Assembly (NCBI GenBank): GCA_963828735.1
Contig: CAWHFW010000005.1
Coordinates: 832,001-896,000, forward strand
Reading direction: 5' to 3'
Source: an uncultured Gemmatimonadales bacterium
GTDB lineage: Bacteria; Gemmatimonadota; Gemmatimonadetes; Gemmatimonadales; GWC2-71-9
DNA: 64,000 nucleotides
Positions within the stretch are counted from its first letter, which is position 1, and each line of letters starts with the position of its first letter. The translations under genes were made by a program, and so were the position numbers. Under the pieces are notes generated by a model. The model saw only the letters and a program-made list of their open reading frames with translations, was not told where the DNA came from and did not search any database. Shown here one piece after another: positions 39,454 through 49,840 of the stretch.

Positions 39454-41684
39454 GCGCGGCGTCGGCCGAGCACGGCCTCGAGGCGCGCGGCCAGCGCGCG
39501 GGCCCGGAACGGCTTGGTCATGAAGTCATCGGCGCCGAGCTCGAAGACGCGGACCTCGTTGTCCTCGTCGCCCTTCGCCGTCAGCACCACCACCGGAATT
39601 CCGCGGGTAACCGGCCGCGACCGTAGCTGCTGCAGCACGCTATACCCATCGAGGCCGGGCAGGTTCAGGTCGAGAACGATGATGTCCGGCGCGTGGCGAT
39701 CCACCTCGTCCAGGGCCTGAACGCCGTCGCGCGCCTCCGAGACCAGGTAGCCCTCGCGCTCGAGCAGATCTTTCATCACCCGGCGAAGCTGCTCCTCGTC
39801 CTCCACGAGCAGGACCTTGGTCTCCCTGCCCCGGGCGATGCTCCCGGCCTCGGGCGCGCCGGGCCCCTCCACCAGCTCCATTTCCATCGTGAAGTCGAGC
39901 GAGGGGACCGCACCCGGCGTCGCGGGTCCGACCGGGGGCGGTGTGGCTGCGGCCGGCCGCTCCTCGCGCCGGGCCGGCGGCTCGGCGGGCGTGCTGGCCC
40001 GTTCCATCGGCACGTCCGTGACCCGCAGCAGCTCCTCCATGGTCGACTCGCCGGCCAGGACGTGATGCAACCCGCTCGCCCACAGCGAGCGCATCCCACC
40101 TCGCCGTGCCGCCTCGGCGATCTGCTCGGCGGTGGCGCCCTGTCCGATCTTCCGCTCGATCTCGCCGTTCACGGTCAGCACCTCCATGATGCTGAACCGG
40201 CCCCGATAGCCGGTCTGTACGCACTCGGGGCAGCCAACACCCTCGTAGAGCGTCGTGCCGGCGGGGATGAACCGCGCCACGCGTTCGGACACGGGCCCGG
40301 CGGCGGGGCGGCGGCAGGCGCGGCAGAGCCGTCGCATGAGCCGCTGCGCGAGGACGCCGCGAAGCGCGGAGGCGATCTTGTACGGCTCCATGCCCATGTC
40401 CACGAGCCGCGTGACCGCGTTCGGCGCGTCGTTGGTGTGGAGCGTGGACAGGACGAGGTGGCCGGTGAGTGACGCCTGGAGCGCGATCTGCGCCGTCTCC
40501 TGGTCGCGGATCTCGCCGATCAGCACCACGTCCGGGTCCTGGCGGAGAATCGAGCGCAGCGCCGAGGCGAACGTGAGCCCGGCCTTCTCGTGCACCTGCA
40601 CCTGGACGATGTTCTCGCCGAGCCGGTACTCGACCGGGTCCTCGACCGTGACGATGTTGACGCCCTCGCTCTGGATCAGGCGGATCGCGGAGTAGAGCGT
40701 CGTCGTCTTGCCGGACCCCGTGGGGCCCGTGACGAGCAGGATGCCCTCCTTCGCCGAGAGGAGGTTCCGGATCGCGTCCTGCTCCTCCGTGTGCAACCCG
40801 AGCGCGTCCAGGCTGAGCACGGTGGTCCGCTGGCTCAGGATGCGGATCACGACCTTCTCGCCGAGCGAAGCCGGCAGGGTCGAGACGCGGAGATCCACCG
40901 CCTCCCCGTTGACGCTCACGCGCGCGCGGCCGTCCTGCGGCCGGAGCCGGTCGGCGATATCGAGCCCGGACATGATCTTGATGCGCGAGATGAGCGGAAT
41001 CCCGGCGTTCCGCGGGATCTTCATGACCTGCCGGAGGACGCCGTCGATGCGGTACCGTACGACGACGCCGCCTTCGATGGGCTCGACGTGGATGTCGCTC
41101 GCCCGACTGGTCACGCCGTCGGCCAGCATCACGTCGACCAGGCGGATGATCGGCCGCTGGCTCGCCTCCTCGGCGCTCGCGCCGGTCTCCTCCTCGACTT
41201 CCTGCAGCTCCTTGACCTCGAAGTCCCCGCCGATGCCCTCGAGCAGGCGGTTCACCACGTCATCGTTCCGGTACATCTCGTCCAGCCGATGCCGGATCGT
41301 CGTGGGTGAGGCGAGCAGCATGCGGACTTCACGCCCCGTCGCGAACGCCAGCATCTTCTCGGCGTCGATGTCGAACGGATTGGCCGTGGCGATCTCGAGA
41401 TAGGAGTCGGTCTGGCCGACGGGGACCACGTTGAACCGCCGGGCCACCTGCTCGGGCACCGCCTGTTGCAGCTTGGGATCGAGGCGGCTCAGGTCGGCCA
41501 CGGGAATCCGGAACCGCTTGGCGACGGCCTGGAGGAGATCGGCGTCAGCCATGAGCTTGCGCTGAACTAGGATCTCCCACAACGCGCCGGGCGCGGGCGC
41601 GGGCTCCTGGCGGATGGCTGCGACGGTGCCCTCGGGCAGGAGGGGCTCGATCGTGTGGACCAGCCATTCGTCGGTGAACTGCAT
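39450..41684 (-). CDS. PilB/GspE-family secretion ATPase fused to C-terminal receiver domain
   Basis: ASDIHVEP, RPQDGR, GPTGSGKTT, TVEDPVE, LRQDPD..GEIRD, STLHTND, Cys4 motif; then VLLVEDE..VLDLNLP..KPF. Confidence 0.92.
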   Translation of the reverse strand: MQFTDEWLVHTIEPLLPEGTVAAIRQEPAPAPGALWEILVQRKLMADADLLQAVAKRFRIPVADLSRLDPKLQQAVPEQVARRFNVVPVGQTDSYLEIATANPFDIDAEKMLAFATGREVRMLLASPTTIRHRLDEMYRNDDVVNRLLEGIGGDFEVKELQEVEEETGASAEEASQRPIIRLVDVMLADGVTSRASDIHVEPIEGGVVVRYRIDGVLRQVMKIPRNAGIPLISRIKIMSGLDIADRLRPQDGRARVSVNGEAVDLRVSTLPASLGEKVVIRILSQRTTVLSLDALGLHTEEQDAIRNLLSAKEGILLVTGPTGSGKTTTLYSAIRLIQSEGVNIVTVEDPVEYRLGENIVQVQVHEKAGLTFASALRSILRQDPDVVLIGEIRDQETAQIALQASLTGHLVLSTLHTNDAPNAVTRLVDMGMEPYKIASALRGVLAQRLMRRLCRACRRPAAGPVSERVARFIPAGTTLYEGVGCPECVQTGYRGRFSIMEVLTVNGEIERKIGQGATAEQIAEAARRGGMRSLWASGLHHVLAGESTMEELLRVTDVPMERASTPAEPPARREERPAAATPPPVGPATPGAVPSLDFTMEMELVEGPGAPEAGSIARGRETKVLLVEDEEQLRRVMKDLLEREGYLVSEARDGVQALDEVDRHAPDIIVLDLNLPGLDGYSVLQQLRSRPVTRGIPVVVLTAKGDEDNEVRVFELGADDFMTKPFRARALAARLEAVLGRRRA

Positions 41685-41756
41685 CGATCGGCTCTTGGCG
41701 GTTGTGAGAGAAGGCGGGCCGGGCGGCGTGGGAGGCCGTTTCGGAAGATAAGAGGG

Positions 41757-43799
41757 CTACAACAAGCCCCACCAGTCCCGATTGACGTCCACCGTGAGCC
41801 CGAAATCGCCGGTCCTGAGACCGACACCGGCTTCCACGCGGAGGAGGCGCATGAACCACTCGAGCGCCACCCCGGCGACAGGACGGATGCCGTCGCTGGC
41901 GGCCCAGGGCAGACCCGGGAAGGCCCGACCAGCGGCACCCAGCGCGACGAACGGGGCGATCGTGAGGCGATTGCCCGTCGAGGCGAACGAGCCGAGGGGA
42001 ATCGCCGGCACGGGTGCCTCGAATCGCCACTCGACGGCGCCGAGGGCCATGTCGCGGCCCCCGTAGGCGCGGAACGGCTCTCCCACGAGGGTGCCGCGAC
42101 CGCCGAGCACGAAGCTCCGGTGCGCGGGCAGGCCGTCGGTGCCCGTCCCCAGGTACACCCGCGACACCAGCTCGTGTCCCGCCAGCGTCGTGAGCCAGCG
42201 TCCTTCGAGGGTGGCCCGGGCATAGTCCGTCGGCCCGAGGCCGCCCTCCAGTCCGAGCCGGCCCTGCAGGTCCTGGTGCACCGCGATACCGCCGCTCGCT
42301 CGCTCGAGCTCGACCCGGGCCACGCCCCGGGTGCCCGACCCCAGCCCCGGATTCGGGCGGTAGCTGCCGGTGGCCGGCGTGGCCTCGGTCGCCACCGACT
42401 CGCTCTCCTCGACTCCCCCGCTCAGAGCCACGGCCGTGCGCCCGCTCAACCGGTGTCGCATGCCGAGCGTCGCGGTCGTGAGCAGGACGTAGTCACCGTA
42501 GTCCTTGCCGCCTTCCTGCGATAGGATGGAATTGAGAATCGGCGAGATCACCGGCAGATCGCTCAGGTCCTGGATCCGACGCGCGCCGGAGAGGGTCACG
42601 TGGGTGGCGCCGAGGCCCGCCCCCACCTCCAGCCCACCGGTGACGCGGTGATCGGAGGTGCCATAGGCGATCGACGGCCGCACCTCGACCCGCCGCTCCT
42701 TGAGGCCCACGACGGCGCCGAAACCCAGCGCCAGTCCCTGGACCCGATTCACGTGGACCACGTCGCTCACCGATCCCGCCGCCAGCCGGTTGGACGGCAG
42801 GCCACTCAGGGCGCGCGCTCCGGCGATCCGCTCCACCTCGACCCGCAACGCATCCATGTCCTGCCGGTTGACCGGAGCCGCGACGCCCGCGACCGCCTCG
42901 TCGAGCGGCTCGCTCCAGCTGGAGTCCGAGGGCGCCGGATGCGCGAGGCCGGCGATGGCTGGCCCCTGAAACAGATGGGCCGGGAGCGGCACGTTGAGAT
43001 CATAGCCTTCGATGTCCCAGCGCCCGCGGATGATCCCGCGCGCCGGAAAGTCGAGCCAGGTGGTGCGGCGGCGGATCTCGATCTCCTGTCGGTACGGCAG
43101 CCAGTACCGCTGCTCGAAGAGCGAGTTCTCGAGCACGATGCTGATGTCCTCGAGCTGCGAGTCGAGGTAGGCCGCCGGCGTGAAGCTGAAGCGGAAGCGC
43201 ACGAGCTGCGCGGTCGCCGCGTCCAGATACAAGGTTCCCACCACCAGCGGGCGCGCGAACGACCGCGGACGCACCTGGACCTCCCGAACCACGGTCACCC
43301 CGCGCGCCGTCCGGATGGCGAGCGAGTCGCCGAGCGCGTAGTCGTACGACGCGAGCCCGACCGGCGAGAGCGGATGCGGCACGTCGCGGACTTCGTCGCC
43401 CTCACCGATCCGGATCACGTTGCCGAAATTGTTGGTGACGATCCCCAGATGGTCGCGGTGATAGTTGATGTCGGTGGGAAGGTACGCGCCGTCGCGCCAG
43501 CCGGAGATGACCTGCTTGCTCCGGTCCGGGGCGCGCCAATACACTTCCACGCGCAGCTCGTCGGCCTTGACCAGCCGGGGCGGCTGGGTCAGCCCCTCAC
43601 CGACCTGCGCCAGGAAGAACACGAACCCATGCGCCCGGGTGCGATAGCTCGCGAGCGTCGAGTCGGCCTGCGCCGCGAGCCGCCGCTCGGTCGCGCGCCG
43701 TACCAGCGCGAGCGCGTCGGGCGCGTTCCAGGCCTGCCCGACCAGCGGGCCCGCGTGGCTGAGCAGGAGCACCATCGCCACACGAACCGCTCGTCGCAC
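41757..43799 (-). CDS. Probable outer-membrane protein (C-terminal beta-barrel)
   Basis: Signal peptide, NRVQGL motif, amphipathic strands, LGGRGTL.G; start uncertain (43799 or 43775). Confidence 0.7.
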   Translation of the reverse strand: MRRAVRVAMVLLLSHAGPLVGQAWNAPDALALVRRATERRLAAQADSTLASYRTRAHGFVFFLAQVGEGLTQPPRLVKADELRVEVYWRAPDRSKQVISGWRDGAYLPTDINYHRDHLGIVTNNFGNVIRIGEGDEVRDVPHPLSPVGLASYDYALGDSLAIRTARGVTVVREVQVRPRSFARPLVVGTLYLDAATAQLVRFRFSFTPAAYLDSQLEDISIVLENSLFEQRYWLPYRQEIEIRRRTTWLDFPARGIIRGRWDIEGYDLNVPLPAHLFQGPAIAGLAHPAPSDSSWSEPLDEAVAGVAAPVNRQDMDALRVEVERIAGARALSGLPSNRLAAGSVSDVVHVNRVQGLALGFGAVVGLKERRVEVRPSIAYGTSDHRVTGGLEVGAGLGATHVTLSGARRIQDLSDLPVISPILNSILSQEGGKDYGDYVLLTTATLGMRHRLSGRTAVALSGGVEESESVATEATPATGSYRPNPGLGSGTRGVARVELERASGGIAVHQDLQGRLGLEGGLGPTDYARATLEGRWLTTLAGHELVSRVYLGTGTDGLPAHRSFVLGGRGTLVGEPFRAYGGRDMALGAVEWRFEAPVPAIPLGSFASTGNRLTIAPFVALGAAGRAFPGLPWAASDGIRPVAGVALEWFMRLLRVEAGVGLRTGDFGLTVDVNRDWWGLL

Positions 43800-43829
43800 T
43801 GCGCACCTCTCTCGCTGGCGGGAAGTCAG

Positions 43830-44429
43830 ATGACGGGAATATCCCGGTGGTGCTGGGGGCGGGCAAGCTCGATCGCGCTCGCGCTGACGGCCTGTGGCGG
43901 CGGCTCGGGCTCGCACGCGAAGGGGGTCGAGCCCTCCGCGACGCGCGTCATTCCGCTGGCCGCGGCCATCGTGCTCGAGACCGCCGGGCCGCCGCCGGCG
44001 GACACGGCCGTCACCTTCGTCGCCGGCGAGCCCCGCGTCATCGTGCTCCGGCACGGACCGCCGGAGAACGTGGTCTTCGCGGAGGTGTCGTTCGCGCCGA
44101 GTGCGTTCCGCGCCGACAGCGGACGTCCCGTGAAGGTCGAGGTCCGCCCGCGGCCGGGCGTATACGGGCTCGACCTCGTCACGAGCGTGCCATTCAGCAC
44201 CGGCGCCTCCGTCGTCTTCAAGTACCCCCGATACTTCTCCGCGCCCGCCAAGGCGCGCGCGATCTACGGGAGCGACGTGCTGTACGAGCGCGCGCTCGCG
44301 ATCGGCCAGGTGCTGGGCACCGGACAGAGCATCTCGCTCCTTCCCTCCACCAGACCCGCCACGGACAACCTCGGGGCGCCGATGCCCGCGCCCGGCACGT
44401 ATCTCGTCGCCGCGCCCGAGTCGCCGTGA
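43830..44429 (+). CDS. Hypothetical lipoprotein
   Basis: Lipobox LTAC followed by a beta-rich domain; GTGA overlap with trpE. Confidence 0.65.
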   Translation: MTGISRWCWGRASSIALALTACGGGSGSHAKGVEPSATRVIPLAAAIVLETAGPPPADTAVTFVAGEPRVIVLRHGPPENVVFAEVSFAPSAFRADSGRPVKVEVRPRPGVYGLDLVTSVPFSTGASVVFKYPRYFSAPAKARAIYGSDVLYERALAIGQVLGTGQSISLLPSTRPATDNLGAPMPAPGTYLVAAPESP

Positions 44430-45925
44430 GCTTCGACGCCTTCGCCGCGCGCGCCCGCCAGGGCGGCGCCATGGTGCCCGTGACCCGGCAGGTGGTGCTC
44501 GACGGTGACACGCCGGTCTCCGCGTTCGCCAAGCTCCACCGCGGACCGTACGGCTTCCTCCTCGAGTCGCTCGAAGGGGGTGAGCGGTGGGCCCGGTACA
44601 CCTTTCTCTCGACCGACCCGCGCGAGGTGTTTCGCTACCGCGGTCGCGCCTGCGAGCGCTGGACCGCGCTCGAGGGATGGCGTCCGGTGGCCACGGACCT
44701 CCCGCCGCTCGAACATCTCGGTGGCGTGCTTCGCCGCCATCCGCCGGTGGACGTCCCCGGCCTGCCGCGGTTCACCGGGGGGGCCGTAGGCTACCTCGGC
44801 TACGACGTCGTGCGGACGATCGAGTCGCTGCCGGACGCGCCGCCCGACGACCGCGACCTGCCCGATGCGGTCATGATGGTGACCGACACGCTGCTCGTGC
44901 TCGACAACCTCTACAACCGCGCGACCGTGATCGCGAACGTGGAGGTCGCGCCGGACGCGGACGACGAGGAGCTGCGCCGGCTCTATGCGGCGGCCACGGC
45001 GCGGATCGACGACTGGGTCGCGCGCCTCGCCGTGCCCGGGACGATTCACCCGCTGGCGCTCGAGCCGCCCGCCGCGCTTCCGCCCGCAGTCTCGCCCTAT
45101 GCCGACGACCGGTTCCAGGAGGACGTGCGTCGCATCAAGGAGTACATCGCCGCGGGAGACACCTTCCAGACCGTGCTCTCGCGCCGGCTGGAGGTGGCCG
45201 CGCCGGATCCCTTTCTCACCTACCGCTATCTGCGCGCTCTGAATCCCGCGCCGTACCTCTACTACCTCCAGTGCGACGACATCCGCATCATCGGCAGCTC
45301 ACCCGAGATCCTGATTCGCGTGGAGGAAGGCGAGGTCACGCTGCGGCCGATCGCCGGCACGCGCCCGCGCGGCGCCACTGCAGACGAGGATGCCGCGCTC
45401 GCCGCCGACCTCATGGCCGATCCCAAGGAACGAGCAGAGCACCTGATGCTCGTGGACCTCGGGCGGAACGACGTCGGGCGGGTGGCGGAATTCGGCTCGG
45501 TGCGGCTCACCGCCTTCATGACCATCGAGCGGTACTCGCACGTCATGCACCTGGTGAGCGAGGTCCGCGGCCGGCTCCGCGCCGGCATGGACGCCGTGGC
45601 GGCGCTCGCCGCGTCCTTTCCGGCGGGTACGGTGTCCGGCGCGCCCAAGGTGCGCGCCATGCAGATCATCGACGAGCTGGAGCCGGTCCGTCGCGGGCCC
45701 TACGCGGGCGCGGTGGGCTACATCGGTTGGGGCGCCCGCACCATGGATACGGCGATCACCATCCGGACCTGCATCATGCGCGGCGACCGCGCCTGGATTC
45801 AGGCAGGCGCCGGCATCGTCGCCGACTCCGATCCCGCGGCCGAATGGCGGGAGACCGAGGCGAAGGCGCGAGCGGTGCTGCTGGCGCTGGCTCTCGCCGG
45901 CGCGCGCGAGCGCCCCGGCGGCTGA
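44426..45925 (+). CDS. trpE: Anthranilate synthase component I
   Basis: FLLESLEGGE, FTGGAVGY, NPAPY, SSPE, PIAGT, KERAEHLMLVDLGRND, YSHVMH, SGAPK. Confidence 0.9.
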   Translation: MSFDAFAARARQGGAMVPVTRQVVLDGDTPVSAFAKLHRGPYGFLLESLEGGERWARYTFLSTDPREVFRYRGRACERWTALEGWRPVATDLPPLEHLGGVLRRHPPVDVPGLPRFTGGAVGYLGYDVVRTIESLPDAPPDDRDLPDAVMMVTDTLLVLDNLYNRATVIANVEVAPDADDEELRRLYAAATARIDDWVARLAVPGTIHPLALEPPAALPPAVSPYADDRFQEDVRRIKEYIAAGDTFQTVLSRRLEVAAPDPFLTYRYLRALNPAPYLYYLQCDDIRIIGSSPEILIRVEEGEVTLRPIAGTRPRGATADEDAALAADLMADPKERAEHLMLVDLGRNDVGRVAEFGSVRLTAFMTIERYSHVMHLVSEVRGRLRAGMDAVAALAASFPAGTVSGAPKVRAMQIIDELEPVRRGPYAGAVGYIGWGARTMDTAITIRTCIMRGDRAWIQAGAGIVADSDPAAEWRETEAKARAVLLALALAGARERPGG

Positions 45926-45973
45926 GCCCTCGGGACCGCCGCCCGCCCGGCCGTTTCCGTCCTATATTCACGC

Positions 45974-47639
45974 ATGGCTCCATTGCGACTCGTCAGCACT
46001 GCCGGTGATCAGGCCTTCGAGCTGCGCCGAGGGCCGGACGCTCGTCGTCGGCCGGGGACTCACCAGCGACATCGCGATCTACGATCCGACGATCTCCCGC
46101 CGTCACGCCGAGCTGACCGTCGGGCCCGACGCGGTGGACGTGAAGGACCTCGGCAGCTCGAACGGCACATGCATCAACGGCGTGCGCATCACCGAGGGCA
46201 GCCTTGGCCTCGAGGACTCGATCAGCTTCGGCAAGGTCGGGTTCAGGCTGACGACGCGCGGCTCGCCCGTGCCGGTGATCCAGCGGCCCGCCATCGCCGC
46301 GGAGGCCGGACTCGCCGGGGGGAAGATCGTCCGGCAGCTCGTGGTGAGCGGTGGCGTCCCGCCGGGCATCACGAGCCGTGACGGCCCTCCGCCCGGTCAG
46401 CTCCGCGTCGACGCCACGCGCGGCGAAGCCCGCCAAGCCCTCAAGCTCCAGATGCTGCTCGAAGTCTCCCAGAAGCTCTCGGCCGAGCTCGACCTCGACC
46501 GCCTCCTCCGCACCGTCGTGGACACCACGTTCGAGATCATGGCGGTCGACCGCGTCACCATCGTGCTCCGGAACGAGGAGACGGGTGAGCTCGTGCCCAC
46601 GATCTCCCGAAGCCGCGTGGGCGAGCAGCAGCAGGTGCAGATTCCCCGCTCCATCGCGGACAAGGTCATGGAGGAACGGGTCGCCGTCGTTTCACAGAAC
46701 GCCTCCGCCGACACCCGATTCCGCGGCCAGTCCATCCTGCTTCAGAGCGTGCGGAGCGCCATGTGCTCCCCGCTCATGGCGTCCGCCGACCGCGTGCTCG
46801 GCCTGCTGTACGTGGACAACTCGACGGCCACGAACACCTTCACGGACGAGGACCTGCAGTTCCTGGTAGCGTTCAGCGGCCTCGCCGCGATCGGCATCAA
46901 GAATTCCCGCTACGCCGACCAGATCCGGCGCGAGATCACCGTGCGCTCCAACTTCGAGCGCTACTTCGCCCCCAACGTCGCGGCCGACATCGCGCAGCGG
47001 GGTGAGGCCATCAGCCAGGGCGGAGAGCGGCGCCCCACCACCATCCTGTTCAGCGACATTCGTGGCTTCACGGCCATCGCCGAATCCATGGGACCGGACG
47101 TCATCGCCCAATTCCTGAGCGAGTACTTCACGGAGATGGTGGAGGTGATCTTCGAGCACGGCGGCACGCTGGACAAGTTCATCGGCGACGCGATCATGGC
47201 CCTCTGGGGGTCGCCCATCGCACACATGGACGATCCGGACCGCGCGCTGCGCGCGGCGCTCGCGATGCAGCGCAGCATCGCCCGGCTCAACGAGCGCTGG
47301 GTTAGTCAGGGCCGGCCGGAGATCGGCGTCGGGATCGGGATCAATCACGGCGAGGTGTTCGCGGGGAACATCGGGAGCCACCGGCGCCTCGAGTACACCG
47401 TGATCGGCGACGCCGTCAACGTCGCCGCGCGGCTCTGCGCGGAGGCGGGGCCCGGTGAAGTGCTCGTGAGCGAGCAGTTCCTGGGCGTGATCCGCGACCA
47501 GGTGTCGTGCGACTACTTGCCGGAGATGGCGCTGAAGGGGAAGGCGCAGGTGGTGCAGGTGTATCGGGTACGCGAGCTGCAGCCTCAGCGCACTTCGGTC
47601 ACCGCGGCGGTACCGTTCCGCCCGCCCTCGAACCGGTAG
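45974..47639 (+). CDS. FHA-GAF-class III adenylate cyclase (apparent single frameshift near 46025-46030)
   Basis: FHA GR..SRRHA..DLGSSNGT, GAF (SAMCSPL, LYVD), cyclase FSDIRGFT, DKFIGD, YTVIGDAVNVAARL. Confidence 0.88.
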
Positions 47640-48199
47640 GGATGACCGGCGCGCTCGAGCAGCTCGAGCACGAGCCGGATCGGCAAGCCCATCACGCCGA
47701 AGAAGTCGCCGTCGATCCGCTCCACCAGCGCCGCACCGTATCCCTGAATCCCATACGCACCCGCCTTGTCCATCGGCTCGCCGGTGGCCACGTAGGTCTC
47801 GAGAAAGGACTCGCCGAGCCGGCGGAAGACCACGTTCGTGACGTCCGTGGCCTGATGGATCGTCTCCTCGGCCACCAGCGCGACGGAGGTCACCACCTGG
47901 TGCGTTCGCCCCTGGAGCTTCTTGAGCATCCGGAGCGCGTCCGCCGCGTCCACCGGTTTCTCGAGCACCTCGTCGCGGATCACGACGGTCGTATCGGCGC
48001 CGAGCACGAGGCGCCCGGGCACGGCCAGTGCCTTCTCCCGCGCCAACCGCTCCACGTAGTCCACCGGCGTCTCGACCGCCCGCCGCACCTCGGAGATGTT
48101 GGGCGCCACCGCCTGGACCGGGATGCCGAGCATCTCGAGGAGCTGCCGCCGGCGAGGCGAGGAGGAGGCAAGGGTCAGCGTCACGGTCTCGACGTTCAT
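47585..48199 (-). CDS. maf: Maf family nucleoside triphosphate pyrophosphatase
   Basis: [30 protein letters not shown]. Confidence 0.93.
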   Translation of the reverse strand: MNVETVTLTLASSSPRRRQLLEMLGIPVQAVAPNISEVRRAVETPVDYVERLAREKALAVPGRLVLGADTTVVIRDEVLEKPVDAADALRMLKKLQGRTHQVVTSVALVAEETIHQATDVTNVVFRRLGESFLETYVATGEPMDKAGAYGIQGYGAALVERIDGDFFGVMGLPIRLVLELLERAGHPYRFEGGRNGTAAVTEVR

Positions 48200-48636
48200 G
48201 CGCGGTCCAGAATGAGGGTCACGGGGCCGTCGTTGTGGATCTCCACCTGCATGTCGGCGCCGAACTCGCCGCACGCCACCTCGAGGTCGCGCGAGCGGAG
48301 GGACGCGAGAAAGCGCTCGTAGAGCGGGATCGCCGCCTCGGGCCTGGCGGCGTCGATGAACGAGGGGCGCCGTCCTTTCGCCGCGTCACCATAGAGCGTG
48401 AACTGGCTGATCACCAGCAAGGCACCCTGCACGTCGGCGAGACCGAGGTTCATCTTGCCCTCGGCGTCGGAGAACAGGCGGAGACCCGACACCTTTTCAG
48501 CCATCCAATCTACCCGCTCCACCGTGTCGTCGTGAGTGAAGCCCACCAGCAGGCAGAAGCCTCGTCCGATGGCTCCCGCCGTCCGGCCCGCAATGGACAC
48601 AGACGCCCCCGAGACCCGCTGAAGCACCACGCGCAT
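48196..48636 (-). CDS. dtd: D-aminoacyl-tRNA deacylase
   Basis: [25 protein letters not shown]. Confidence 0.96.
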   Translation of the reverse strand: MRVVLQRVSGASVSIAGRTAGAIGRGFCLLVGFTHDDTVERVDWMAEKVSGLRLFSDAEGKMNLGLADVQGALLVISQFTLYGDAAKGRRPSFIDAARPEAAIPLYERFLASLRSRDLEVACGEFGADMQVEIHNDGPVTLILDRA

Positions 48637-48746
48637 GGGACCGCCGGAACCGCCCCGTGGGCGACTATTGTTTACGGTCGTTGGCTGTCCGGTCGGACGG
48701 CCGCTGGCAACGCCAAAGATAGACATGGATTGATCTTGGAGAGAGC

Positions 48747-49619
48747 GTGCCCGTAACCAGACCCCTGCAGAAGGTCGTTGCCGAGCCCGGGCAGGAGCCC
48801 GGACGCTGCATCGCCCCCGCGCCGCACCGGCCCGACCCGGCCGCATGGCTCGATGACCGACTCACCGTGTCCTGGCTGGGACACGCCACGGTCCTGTGCA
48901 ACTTCTTCGGCACGGCTGTCCTCACCGACCCCGTCCTCGAGCGGCGCATCGGCCTCGGGCGAGGTCTCATGAAGCTGGGGCCGCGACGGCTGATCCAGCC
49001 GGCCCTCCGCAAGCGCGAGCTGCCACCCCTCGACGCGGTCCTTCTCTCGCACGCCCACATGGACCATACGGATCTCGGCACCCTGCGCGCGATCCCCTCG
49101 ACCACCCGTATCGTGGTGCAGTCCGGGAACCGTGACCTCGTGCGCCGCTTTCACGAGGTGGACGAGCTCGAGTGGGGTGCGCGCACGCGTGTCGGTGATC
49201 TGGAGGTCGAATCGGTGGAGACCCGTCACTGGGGCGCGCGGATGGTAACCGACCGGCATCGCGGCTGGGGCGGCTACCTGCTTCGCAAAGCAGGCCGCAC
49301 CGTCCTCTTCGCGGGCGACACCGCCTACACCGACGTGTTCGACCGCCTGCGCCACCGGGGGCCGGTGGATCTCGCCATCTTGCCCATCGGCGCCTACGAC
49401 CCGTGGGTCACCAGCCACGCGTCGCCCGAGGAAGCCTGGCGCATGTTCCGGGCGATCGGCGCGGAGTACATCCTCCCCATCCATCACTCGACCTTCCGTC
49501 TGAGCCGCGAGCCGCAGGACGAGCCGATGCGGCGGCTGCTCACCGTCGCCGGCCCGGAGCGGTGGCGCGTGGTGATCTCGGAGGTCGGGCAGACCTGGTC
49601 CCTCCCCGCCGACGATTGA
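48747..49619 (+). CDS. Metallo-beta-lactamase fold hydrolase (NAPE-PLD/RomA-like)
   Basis: WLGHAT, TDPV, SHAHMDH, FAGDT, LPIGAY, PIHH. Confidence 0.88.
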   Translation: MPVTRPLQKVVAEPGQEPGRCIAPAPHRPDPAAWLDDRLTVSWLGHATVLCNFFGTAVLTDPVLERRIGLGRGLMKLGPRRLIQPALRKRELPPLDAVLLSHAHMDHTDLGTLRAIPSTTRIVVQSGNRDLVRRFHEVDELEWGARTRVGDLEVESVETRHWGARMVTDRHRGWGGYLLRKAGRTVLFAGDTAYTDVFDRLRHRGPVDLAILPIGAYDPWVTSHASPEEAWRMFRAIGAEYILPIHHSTFRLSREPQDEPMRRLLTVAGPERWRVVISEVGQTWSLPADD

Positions 49620-49840
49620 CGGTGCCGGGGGCCGCGGGCGGCCCTTGACGGGCCGCCCGCCGCCCCCCGTTCTTGCCACGGAGCGCGACTTCCCGCGCTC
49701 CGGACCCGAGACAGCGTCGGCGAGGCAGGTCGCCTCTGGCGATCCTTCGCCCTCCTCGAGTGGATGAGCGCCATGCTCCGCACGAATGGCGGGATCGACG
49801 TGTGGCCACGCCGGCACGCCGGCACGGCGTCGGGGGTGCG

